A program made the translations under genes and the position numbers. DNA of 64,000 bases from Phoronis australis. Lineage: Eukaryota; Animalia; Phoronida. Below are positions 1 through 12,029 of the stretch, piece by piece. Under the pieces are notes generated by a model, which ran no database searches, was not told where the DNA came from, and saw only the letters and a program-made list of their open reading frames with translations. Numbering within the stretch: the stretch's first letter is position 1; each line of letters opens with the position of its first letter. Location: contig NMRA01000640.1 in NCBI GenBank assembly GCA_002633005.1, forward strand, positions 172,623 to 236,622, given 5' to 3'.

Positions 1-1209
1 CCTGAAGTTTTAAAAGTCTATTTTATGCCACGTGAAGTTATTGTTTTTTGAGCTGCGCAATTCCTAACCTCTTTAAAAGAAGGACTTTAATATCAAACTA
101 CTGAGATTTTCAGACTTAGGCAGGGAGTAGGCACATAAACCTCCAATCGTTGCTAGTTGGTTAAACCAATTTACGCGCGGTTTGGTTAAAACAAGAGTTG
201 CACTATTGTTGACAAGAATGGTTCCCATCGGTACACTAGCCAGTAAACGTGTTTCACGGGTCAACAGACGCGCTCAATTCACAGCGAAGAAGACTAAAGT
301 TGTCCAAACAAACGCACCTACATGTAACAACCAGCTACTGTACAGAAAGAATTATGTGCCTCTGCACAGACTGTTTTCGTTACAAGACCTAAATTTCTAA
401 CATTAAAAGATCTTTTAAACAATTTGGTTGTTTTCAAAAGCTAAATTTGCCAACAACTGTATAATGTACATGTATGGCGTCGGTGTCATTAATTTTAACC
501 TCCAGTCATAAAGAGCTCAGCCATCTATTACGTACATCTATTGTCTTCATATCGCGTTCAAACAAACGCCTACCAAAAAAACTAGATCACTTTCCACATG
601 CAGTTCGGTCGCTAAAGCGCACGGTCAGTTACCTGTCTCGTGATCTAGCACGTGCAACATGGAAGCGTTAGAGGGTGTTGTTCACCCTCTGATACAGCAC
701 CACCATGTAAAAGTGGCCTTGTGACATCAGTGGTGATGAACAAATACAACTGCATGACATGGGCATCAATGATTTGGACGTGTGTCGTATAAATGGTGCT
801 GAATGAACCAGAAAAGTATTGCGGATCGTTGTTTTTTTGTTTGACACCTTTTAATCTCGTGTGTGTCAAAAAACAGGAATGGAGTAGTTACCTATCGGCG
901 ACCTGTTTGTGTTTGCGGACTTAGCTTTCGGGCCTGTCCTGAGGCGCTTCTCGTTCGTCGGGTTACTGGCGAGGTTCTCAAAACGAGTCGTCGATGGGTA
1001 ACTACTATGTAACGGAGCCAGCTATGACCATTGATCCTGTCTCGAATGCATCGCTTTAGTCTGTCACCACGAGATTTATCAATAGGTGTAGCAGTATGCT
1101 GATGCGTTCTCAACACCAGACAATAATTATTTCAAAACCAATAGGAATGTTAAAATGTTACTTCGTTTTGCTAATCAATGAGACGCCATGCTAGATACGA
1201 ACAACTTAC

Positions 1210-1398
1210 CCACACAGATGGGTGGCTCTTTGTTCCACTTGCCTCTGGGGGTGCATGTCGCAATCACGGGCCCGACCAGTCGCAGACCGTTGTTACAACG
1301 GAAACTCATTACCCTTCCACCGGAGACCACTCTTGTGTAACCGTTCTCTAACTTCAACGTCGGGCAGCGAGAACGGGAGCGTGCAAGTCTTCGCATGC
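1210..1398 (-). CDS. Coding exon 2 of a secreted/surface Sushi (CCP/SCR) domain protein; gene continues beyond the left edge
   Basis: 189-nt phase 1-1 exon bounded by ...tttaag| and |GTAAGT. It encodes CPTLKLENGYTRVVSGGRVMSFRCNNGLRLVGPVIATCTPRGKWNKEPPICV, which has the 4-Cys CCP pattern (C..NG..F.C..G..L.G....C...G.W....P.C). Confidence 0.85.
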
Positions 1399-1620
1399 CT
1401 TAAATAGAAGTTTGAAATATCAGTTACTTTTGGCGATACTCAAAAATCTTTTTTTTTTCATTTCCATCGAGAAATATACCTTCAAAACCTTTCCCAAAAC
1501 AAACTGTAGGCGTCGTCTGAAAGAAATATGAGTGACGCCAAGAAACCGACCTGATAGGTCTAACGTATTTTTACAGATATTATGTTTTACTTGAATGCCT
1601 GATCTACTCTCCGTTAACGA

Positions 1621-2004
1621 GGCTCCGGTGTTTAATCTTTTTACTAGAAATTGAACTCGAAGTTATTTTTTGATATTTCGTTTTCTACTTAAATGCAAAC
1701 TCATAACAATTAAAATGTTTCCGTGCTCGAGTATGCCATGGTTTCATGGTTTACGTTGATGACTGTAATCTTCCACTTGGTGACTCCAGCATTATAGCTA
1801 GAAGTTCGAGTCAGAGCTCAAACTTTTGATTTTTGCTGGAAATCTCAAATTTTTACTCGAGTGTGTAGCTCGAATCTCGGAGTGACGAAGAGCGAACTTG
1901 AAATGGAAACGCATCTGTCTAAACTATTATGTACTCGAGTATAGAATTCGAACGGAAAAGGTCAAAAATAATTTCGAGTTCGAGTTCGAGAAGACCCTGG
2001 AACC
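1621..2004. mobile_element. Diverged copy of a ~400-bp MITE family (best copy at 55116-55516)
   Basis: Starts ggctccggtgtttaatctttttactagaaattgaactcgaa and ends aaaataatttcgagttcgag, matching the terminal inverted repeats of the 55116 element. Confidence 0.65.
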
Positions 2005-2564
2005 AGGGTTTAAGTCGAGTGTTGCAATGTTTGAAATTGGAGCAGATCTTTGATCTGGAAATGTACTAGCAAAAAAGCCGTAAACTTATATACTTTTCTT
2101 ACACGGTAGAGATACAATAGTGAAAAGTATCTGAAACTAATCGAAACTGTTTCTATGAATCACCAGCCTAGAACTCCAGCAAGCTGGCAAAAAGAGACAT
2201 CTCGACAACGTGGTTATTAATACTGGTTTGTAAATTACGAGATAACCATCTAAGTCATTACAGAGCAAACAGAATAAGTAAACATTTATCATTTCTTTTT
2301 ATTGCCAAGGTAGGGTAGAGTGGGACAAGACGTCCACTAGGGTGGTGGAACGCCCACTTCAAACTAGTGAGCACGTGCTGTGCACCACGCGCACAAGCGC
2401 CCACTTGACTCTTTTCCTAGCTCAACAAGAAGCCGTAAATGCATACGTTTGTTGATATTAGTATGGGTTACAGTGCTAGCTTGATGTCCTTTTTAGTAAT
2501 TTCCCTAGTTACGAATAAGCATGCCACTGATACTTCGGTGGGTAACTAATGTACAAAATGTTGT

Positions 2565-3150
2565 GAAGACAACACGCGTGCCCTTAACCGAAATTGAATT
2601 GACAGTGGTAGATTGTATGACATGGTGTCTTAGGAAAAACCTCCTCCCGTAAGCTGTAAGTCAGAGACAAGGCGCCCATAGGAGGCGTCTTGCTAATCCT
2701 TTAATTAATTTCCACAAGGAAAAATGTATAAGTTTTGAATTCATGTGCCTTACAGCAAAATTCATAATTACAAAGCGAAAACAACAAAAGGGCAGTATGG
2801 TGACAAGACTGTTAAAGGAACCCTAGAGCTTATTCAAAGTAGCACTGTCCTTGTTAAGAGCAATGACCTATACATGTATGTATACCTGGTATGAAGACAA
2901 TACGCGTGCCCTTAACCGAAATTGAATTTACACTGGTAGATTGTATGACAAGGTGTCCTAGGGAAAACTCTCGTGAGTCAGGGGCAAGGCGTCCATATTA
3001 AGCTTCGTGTCACACTTTGCATAAAACTTCCACAGGGTAAAATTGTATCAGTTTGAATACATGTGCTTTACAGCAATATCTACTATTACACAATGAAAAT
3101 GATAAAAAGCTTATTCAAAGTGGCACTGTCCTTGTTCAAGGCAAGCAATG
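2565..3150. repeat. Diverged tandem duplication (~330-bp unit, 2 copies) in an intron
   Basis: gaagacaa(c/t)acgcgtgcccttaaccgaaattgaatt...ggtagattgtatgaca occurs at ~2565 and ~2893; gcttattcaaagt(a/g)gcactgtccttgtt occurs at ~2828 and ~3109. Confidence 0.8.
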
Positions 3151-6100
3151 AAGGAATGTCATTTATGGGATGTTGGGGGAGTGACATCTAGCGGCGGCGA
3201 ATTTTTGCGTTGAAATGGTCAGTATAATTCCATTTGGTCTATGGTTTTATCGTGTGTAATTCGTTGTACACTAACTATCTGCATTGAAAAGAAACAAAAC
3301 AAAACAAAAAAACAAGTGGTTCCATCTCAAAATATGAACCATAGCACTGGAATTCAAAGATGGCGTTGCATAAGACTTTACGGTTCATAATCAGTTTGAA
3401 GGGCTGAAAAGAGTATTTTGGGGGATAAGTGTAGGTTAGGATAGACTTCTTGAAGTTATCAGTTATGAACAAGACTATAAAAGTTGTTGTGTTATTGTGG
3501 TTTACAATCGCCAATTCCAGCAATGCAGTAGAATATGAAATTGAGGCCAGTGTCCTTATCGGTTCATATTTTTCTTAGTCTAGCTTGGTTTTCAGTGGGA
3601 ATGAAATGGTCAAAATACAAGAGAGAATAAAGTTTCTGTGCTCATCTGCAGGGCTTTTTATGTGAAATAATTGAAAACATGCCATTCTTTGCATCCTGTT
3701 TTTGACAGAGTGAAGAAAAGGTGACAAATCAAGTGATGTGTGTTTTGCTGGGCAAAACCCAGTGAGAACTGTTCTGTGCCTCCTAAACACCGGTTTTGTC
3801 GGCCATTTTTTCCGCCATCTTGAAAAACCGACTTCCGCCACTCCGATTTCGGTAGATTTTTTTTCTGACACTAAGGGATGTTTGAAGATGCCATTTATGC
3901 AAAAAAACCTTCTGTTGCAATTTTTTCTAGGTTGGGCCCTCTGGAGCCCTAGAATGACTGGACTATTGGTTGACTGCGATTGTTTCGTGACTTTCTGTCT
4001 GCGGGTCTCCACTTGCGGTTTGAGGAACTGTCATGTTTTATTAATTCCACTGTTATAGAAATCTACTGAAAATGTTCATCATACCTTTACCAGTAAGAGA
4101 AAAGTCTCAATTTGACAAAAACGCTTATAGAAAAGGCAAAAGTGTCGCCAAAAAACCGCGAGTATTTGCACTCTGTCTTATCTAAACACGTTTCGCCTCA
4201 AGCAAAGCGTCCAATTTTTTAAAGTCGTTAATTCCTACTTGTGGGAAATAACTGTGCAAATCAGTTCGCGGTAATTGAATAGGAAACTGGGAGAGAGAGT
4301 CAAACTCAATAGTTACTACATGAATTTTTAAAGTTCATCGAGAAAAGAAATAATGGGACGTTTATCGCTTTGCTAGGTTGTCTTGCTGTCTGCAAATTCA
4401 GATAAATTACACGTACTGCTCTCAGATTGAGGTGTTGGCACTTTTCATGGGAAATGATATTTAGAATTAACTCACGGTTTGCAGGTCTGCTTTCGTTTGT
4501 TTGTAAATTAAGATTGGCCACAGTTGTTTATAGAAATAATGTTATCGCCTAAGCGTCAAAACCACACGACTGCAATTCCGGCCACAACGCACGTGTTCTC
4601 TTATATATTGCACAAATTGTTTGTTTACGAAAGTTTGTCGATGAAAAGTTGATAAATTTTGTGACAAGTTTTCTCCGGGCGTTAAGTAAGCACAACGTTT
4701 TTTAGTTTACAATATTCCTCCCCGCTAATATACTAAAGAAAATGCGTCTATCGAGAGGTTTTGATCGATTTTACAAATGTTAGTTAACTGTACGGAGAGC
4801 CTGGGTGAACATCCAATTCATGAAGTTTAGACGGCGCTGGGAATAAATTGCGGTAAGTCTTACTGAAACTAAAAACAGATGTGGGGGACATTTGGTATTC
4901 AGTGATAATCACGAAGCACAACATTTCGGTTGCGAAGCAGTAGCTATATACATTTTGATTACATTTTAAGATACGTGTAACCTTCAAGTGAAACCAATGA
5001 CTATTAATGTTTCGGTCAAAGCACATAGGTATCGTAATCAGTATTAGTGACACGGGTATTGATTACCATTTGCCTGTGGTGGCACGGGCAAAGGGTAATT
5101 ATGGCACCAAAATGCAACTAAGGTTTTCCACCCAGATATACGAATCACCGGTCATTTAACATTCATTTATATACATTTCAGTGACAAAATGATGCACCCC
5201 TCTATTCTTCATGCAGTCGAGTCTATGTCTCCACGTCCCCAGAAGTATGGCAGTGTTACTAATACCGTAAAGCCCGAGCTTTTAATTCACCAAGTTCAAC
5301 TCGCGTGGTTTAACAATTCTTTTGAAAACGCCGGCTTCTCTTCAGACACTTCTTCTATAAGAAACATTCCTGCAGCCAAGTTGTTGGCGGTTAGCCATTG
5401 TGATGTTACGTCATGATTTCACAAAAAACCCGAACAGGAAACTTGACACCCCGCAGTGCATTACTATGGGCGGCGCACCATAGGGGACTTGGGGGGGGGC
5501 ATAGCCTCCCCACTTATTTCAGTTCTGCGCAGCCCGTGTCTATCGTGCGATCATTCATATCTCGGACATTTCTTGGGATGAAGGCAAAACCACGTCGTGA
5601 TACAGCTGCAGCAGTTGTTCGTCGTTCCCGTAGCAACAGCATCCAGAATAACTTCGTTGCTGACAACAGGTGTTCCACAGCTCAGTGCGACCGAACATGC
5701 CAATTTCGTTAATAACGGACTGGTGGCCTAGTGTTTAATTTTACTGAATTTGTAAGACACTTTAAGTAATTGGCGACTGAAAAAAATCCGTCTGCGGTGT
5801 AACAATTCAAAACTTGCCTCCAATTAACGATTGAAGATATCACGTAGACAAGAGCTCAATTTCGCTTAAACGCACGGCGATACATAAAACAGCATGACAG
5901 CTATGGAGAGGAAGTTTTTGGTTAAAAAGACGGATTTCCTTCTTATAGGCACCTTTTAGTATAATAACTTCGATTTAAATGATCAATCACAGCCTTCAGC
6001 TCCACGCGGTCTCTCTAATCATTTATTTCTATTCCGATTGAATCGTCCAATTTGCTATGTTTGCGGGCGTGTCAACACTGGCGAAATGAAATTACGTATT

Positions 6101-6266
6101 GTTTGTATACCCTTGAAATCATACGCCGCGTGACTACACGCAGAAAATAAATTCGCAAAAGATATTGGAAGACGAAGGGAGAATTGAGGAACCTGACCTT
6201 TCACACTTTAAAAAAAAACAGTGATTTACTGAACATTTCATTTAAAACTGGAGAGTTTAGAATATA

Positions 6267-6696
6267 GGGCCGGGTTGCATGAAACAGTCCCATTTAGGGA
6301 CTCAACTAAGTTTCCTAAATCTTTTGCTTATTTGTGTCTTTCTTTACTCACAGATGTTTTCTTTTTCTACCATTCCATCATTATAATGGAGTCCTCCTTG
6401 ACTAATGAAATTTTCTAATGACATAAATGAATGCTGAGTCCTGAATTCAATGAAAATAAATAAGGACTTAGCCCTTAAGTTAGGGGAGTTGCATGAAAAG
6501 ATCCCTATTTAATTTCGAAAATATTGAGAATTTAAAGACAAGCTCATTCTCGATTTGTACCAAAACCAAATAGTTATGGACTTAGTAATGAAATTAAAAC
6601 AAAAAAGAAAGCAAAATCGGTTTTTCACAAGTAACCAGTAAATTTAGAGAACTTAGTTGAGTCCCTATTTGGGCACTGTTTCACGCAACCGGGCAC
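6267..6696. mobile_element. MITE with ~50-bp imperfect TIRs, PIF/Harbinger-like GGGC ends
   Basis: Left end gggccgggttgcatgaaacagtcccatttagggactcaactaagtt matches the reverse complement of the right end, gtgcccggttgcgtgaaacagtgcccaaatagggactcaactaagtt. Confidence 0.75.
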
Positions 6697-8131
6697 TGGT
6701 AACAGGCACGAAACATGAAACCGTGGCAACGGAATTGAATTTGATCATAATGTTAAAATCAGTTTTCTACTGGAAACGTTTAAGTGTTAAAACATTTGTT
6801 CTCAGTAGAACACTTATTACTGTGTAAGTAGAATTTATACCATGCCCTCTTGAAAACTTTTATCCCCATGAATTTCCCGAGATGAATAGATATTTTATAA
6901 CGCTTTCTTGAAATAAAAGATCTCAGAAATCAATGTTTCAGCTAATCAGGAAATCGCAACAAATAACCAGTAAAAGAGTCGCTATATTGTGAGTAAAGAC
7001 ATCAAAATCCCATGTGGCCTGAGAAAAATAGGTGAGCACCTTCCTCAATATGAAAGGAATTTTTAAACAAACTCGAAAGCGCAGCTAAGGGCAAATTCTG
7101 TTCAAGCTGTCTAAAAAGGCAACAGTTGTCAAAAGAAGCCTTGTCGTTAACCCAACTGTTGATTCAATCACACAAAGAGTCCAGTACTGTGGAAGCGCCA
7201 GCTGCTGGTGACGGTGAAACCGATATGCTCATAGATTCATCAGTGCAACTGAGTCGCATGATCTCCGGTCTTGTAGAAAATCTCGGGCTGCCAGGTTGAG
7301 AGCCTGGAATTCTTTGACAAGTGTATCGAGTAAAAGTAGCTTTTGTGTTTTAAATCTGAGGATTGACATAAAGCCAACGCCTTTTGAGTGGCCGTATTAG
7401 TTTTGTTTTGACGCGTAAAGTTTTTACGAACGGAACCTGTATACCTACTTGTGTTTTTTTCACTATATAGTTTTTTTTTCGTTTTCATGAACGCCAAGGT
7501 CGAAATCCGCCCTTGTCCAACAATTTTCACACAGCTATAATTGACTATAGCTTATCTTAATTTAAAAAATTTCGCCCTTTTTCGACTCGCGTGTTTTGCG
7601 ACTTTGAGTTTAGTGTACGTAAATCCCGACATCAGTGAGAACTGCATTCCCGAGTGGTTTTAGTCAAATGTTAAGTGGTTCGCCAAAATGTAAAAAGCTG
7701 ATGAATAATTATGTTTGTGTGTATTACAAACAATATTTTAACGGTGGTCAGCATGTGTAGGTCGTTTTGTCCAATTTGCCCGCATGGAGCCTGTTTACAC
7801 AGGTTGTACAACTCTCTTGGGAAGGAACACAACAAAAATAATTCGGAGAACTCAATAATATTGTCCCGTAAGCGAAATTGGGCACATCTGGGCGCGAAAT
7901 AACATTTTGCACTGTTGAATTGCCGACGGTCACTGTGGCGATCTAGTAAAATTATGGATATTCATGTTCCTTTAGAGAAAATATTGCGTTTGCTCTCCCA
8001 ATGTTCGTCCAGTATCTATTTATTGCTCGTGTGTTTACTGAGCCCATGTGATTGGCACATTTCCAGTCACCAAATACATCCATAGTGTCATCAAACGGGT
8101 AAATCTGTCAACGATACGAGAAACCACCTAC

Positions 8132-8213
8132 CTGTCAACTTTTCGCAGGAGACAGCCATGATAAGGAAAACAGCAACAAGTAAAAACACACAAAGCCGAT
8201 GTTCCATAGCCAT
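8132..8213 (-). CDS. Probable first coding exon (signal peptide) of the Sushi-domain gene
   Basis: ATG at 8213 gives MAMEHRLCVFLLVAVFLIMAVSCEKLT-G, a hydrophobic signal-peptide-like stretch. It ends at a phase-1 donor AG|GTAGGT, compatible with the phase-1 acceptor at 1398. Confidence 0.7.
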
Positions 8214-9889
8214 TCCTTCTTGAAATACGGTTTGACGGTCGAAGAATCAGCTACTAAAAAGTGGTTGTGTCCGTGCCAACATATGAACTGTTCGAACGAA
8301 AATGAGGACTTTTCTAGTGACCCTTGGTTAAAATTGGTGACCTGCCTTGTTCCCTTTCCCGTCGTGTGTCAGCGGTCGGTCCAGGAAGGCATGTGAGGAA
8401 AAGTGTTTGCATCGACATTTCCGGTTTAAGAATACATGCTATACCAAATCTATATCACTTAACACAAATTGTATCTACGTATAGGATTATTAGTTTAACG
8501 AATTGTGGGACCATTGCTGCAGATGGAGAAATTTCCGAGAGTGCATTTAAATTCGCCAATTTATTTACTGCCTGCCCGACCTCTGATCGGGCGCCACTAG
8601 AGGGGGCTCGTGCACTAGCAGTTGCACTGTTGGCAACTGTTGCATATGATCAAATACGTTGCAGTCTTTTGTCTTTTGTCTTTTTAGAACTAAGGCTGAC
8701 GGCTTTTTGTTTTGCCATGTAACTTCATGTTGTTAGTTTAAAACTCGAAACAACAATGAACTCGAACTTGAAACACAGAAGTAGGCTAATAAGTGACAAA
8801 ATAACAATCATTTTGAAAAGGTAAATGCCATGGGATGGCAGCAAGCAACATATGTGTTATACTAAGTCACTCTGTTACTACATACACAACATACTCTCTA
8901 AACGGTTTTCCTGTGAAGCGCATTATTTCGTTTGACTTGGAAACTGGAAAGCGATTTTTGGTTCCAGTGGGGACCACAGATAGCGGAAAACCCGGTTGCC
9001 ACAGTGATTTCTGGCAAAAGTGCAAAAGCAAGTCCAGACTTCAATCTGCTGTCAACGTGGGCACGTTCTTGACTAAATTTGAGACCACGATCACTGCACT
9101 ATCCGAAGTCCACAAATCTGAAAATTCAAACTCAGCTAACAATAAAAAAATCTTAGGAAGTTAACGTTATTAATTCGAAAAATATACCGCACATGAATTC
9201 ACACCTGACCACTAGTGGAAACTGGGACAATTTCTCGACCTATCTCAGAATTCATTGAGTTATTAAGTGGTGCATTCTCAACAGATGCATATCAATGTAT
9301 TCCAGACTAAAAGATATTTTTCAGGTGCTTCACGCGAATGAAAGGCGAGTATTTCGCGACTACTCTGGCGTGCAGTTAGCAAAATGGCCGTCTAAAGTAT
9401 ATGGGTCGGCGTGGAATGTTGAATTATGTGATATTATTTTTGTTTTCGTTCCATAAGCAATGAGTTCTCGCTGCAGGTATGCACGAAATGCTACCCCGTG
9501 TGTTCGCAATTGCGTGGACATAATACTGAAGTGATTAAACGACCACGTGGAGCTCCAATGCCACAGCCAACGAGACAGGAGACTCCTCGCTCCATCTGAT
9601 GTCAATCTCCTGGACCGCTTACGTCTGATGACTCAACAGGACGAATTCATGCGTCGTCCCAAGTCCACTTGACTGCCGTGATTTGGCACTCAAGCTGACC
9701 GTCACAACCCCTCGCACTCGCAAATGATTTCTTCACGACATAACACATTTAGTGGCAGGTCGATGTTGATCGTAAACAAAGGTCACGCAAAGTTAATTAA
9801 AGGTTTTAGCATCTGTTCCTATTACGAACAATTTTGTTTGTGGGCGGGCCACAGCACAGGCTCTTAAGGGAATGAAGAACAGGCGAAAT

Positions 9890-10090
9890 TACCGTCTTCA
9901 TCATCGTCGTCTTCATTACTATTAATAAAATCATGATGGACCCCATCATCATCGTATTTATTACATTAATCGTCATCGTCACCACCAACACCACTGCCAA
10001 CACCACCGGCAACTTCGTCATAAACACCATCATCGATCGTCGTCATCGCCATATTACCACCACCACCACCATCGTCATCATCACTATCAA
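9890..10090. repeat. Degenerate (CAT/CAC/CGT)n trinucleotide low-complexity tract
   Basis: Runs of catcatcgt and caccaccac; these explain the Ile/Thr- and Met/Val-rich ORFs on both strands. Confidence 0.8.
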
Positions 10091-11783
10091 CCTTTCAATT
10101 CGCACCAAGCCAGCTGAAACCTGTAAGGCTCTTATAATCGAGACCAAGAACTGCATTACCATGTCTTTACCACGTAATAAGAATTATTGCATGCTGCAAG
10201 AAGCAATGTATTCCCCAAACAAAATTTATAAAGTTCTTTTAAGATCAGTGGAAGGTCCAAGGTGTCTTCGTTATTTGATGCAAGAGAACGTGCATTGCCA
10301 CTGTCAGGGTGTAGCAATAAATCGTGCCATGTTTCTCTTTTACTCGCACAGTCCCAACGCAAAAAACAGGAGCACCTTCGCGTACAATTTGACACTCAGG
10401 CGGATCAGGCTTCCCGTGAATCGGACACCTGACTGGGATGTCCAATTTGTGCTGGTACGGTTTTTTAAAATCACTTGACATCTGTGGTCGTACATGTACT
10501 TGTGTCAGTGTGCGACAGAAATCACGTACGTGGAGCAGGGATACTAAAAGCGTGTTTTTAATAACATCCTTGAGAGGGAGCTGTATGAACGCATTAGTTT
10601 TAATTAATTGCAAATTTCTCCATACTCTGTGTGCGTAATTACCAACGTAAATTTATTATTACTCAAGTCAATTGGAGCTTTTTCCGCACATTGTTTGCGT
10701 ACGGAAATTAGGAACGCAGGAAACTCGCCACGGACTATGCGAACGTCCGTCCGATGATGCATTGACCGATCGAGCGATGTTGTGAGCGTACGTTTATCAA
10801 ACGCCACACATGCAATAACTATAGGCATACAACAAACTATGTTATCATCTAATGAAATATTTCAGATGGCCTCTATGCCAAGGTGCTTAAGATTATGTAG
10901 GATTCTAGAAAAATGCTCAAACTTAAATGACATTGGAACACAATATCTTAAAAACGGTAGATCGGGTTATTGCTACAATTATTTTGGTATGATAGTACCT
11001 TGTTTTTTCCTAAATTTAACTGAACATATTTGGTCACGTTACCCAATTACCGGCAGATTGGTTTAAAACCAACAATTGAATTATACAATCTTAAGTACTT
11101 TTAGAAAAGTTATACTTGAACAGAGTGTTGAATCCAAAAGTTCTATAGTAGATGTTTAGCTAAATGAATAGACGTGCTCCATCGTTAGATTTATCGTGAC
11201 GGAAAACCCGCGTTTGTAGATCGAGGAAATTGTGGCTGCGTGTGTCTTGTTCAGCCAGATCAGGAATTCTACGTTTTCTGCAAAAAAAACCTTGTCATTA
11301 TTCGAGGTCTTTAAATTGTTTTAGTTTGTCGATGGAAAAATAATCGGGTCTTAACTTCGAAGGAGCTTTCTCGTTGAATGAATATTTGCTGCAAATTTCG
11401 TGGGGAAATTTATTTGACTTGTGAAAATCTAGTACGCGTTTTCTTATCTCCGGAACAAGGTGAGTTCTATAACCGTTGTGAAATCCGGGACGACCCTAAT
11501 GAATAGGGTCCTGCGTAATCTTAATACAACATTTTTTTAATATGTTGTAGATGGCGTGCAGTTATGCCTACCTAACAAAAAGTAACATGTTTCCGAAACA
11601 AGGCCCATATTTCCATCAGCAGTTTTTCACTTTCAGACAATGCAATATTCGCTCAAGGCGCTCCTTCGGACATTTCCTAAAGCAGATTGATTTCAATTAA
11701 AATGAAAAAACAAAATAACTTAAAAGACAAAAAGATCACGTGACATTGATTGGAAGATGAATAATCAGATAATCTCAGACCTG

Positions 11784-12029
11784 GGGCCCGTTCCAAGAAA
11801 CTTACTTAAGTTCATTTTTGACTTAAGTATAAGATTTGTTTCAACTTCCAAACTTTGAAATTTCCACACCCGGTAAATTAGACAAAATTAAGAGAAAGCC
11901 TACGTCAAAAACTTAAGTCAAACTTAAGATCTTTCTTGAAACAGATTTAAGACAAATATAATTTTTATCTCAATATTTACTGAAATATAAGATTCGTCTT
12001 AGCTAAGTCAGTTTTCTTGGAACGGACCC
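11784..12029. mobile_element. MITE, PIF/Harbinger-like
   Basis: CTG|GGGCCCGTTCCAAGAAA ... TTTCTTGGAACGGACCC|CAG: 17-bp TIR with one mismatch, CWG flanks, internal cttaag repeats. Confidence 0.75.

Noticed and set aside
9806-10478. 181-aa and 75-aa hydrophobic ORFs
   Set aside because: Driven by a degenerate CAT/CAC microsatellite; no recognisable domain or splice structure.
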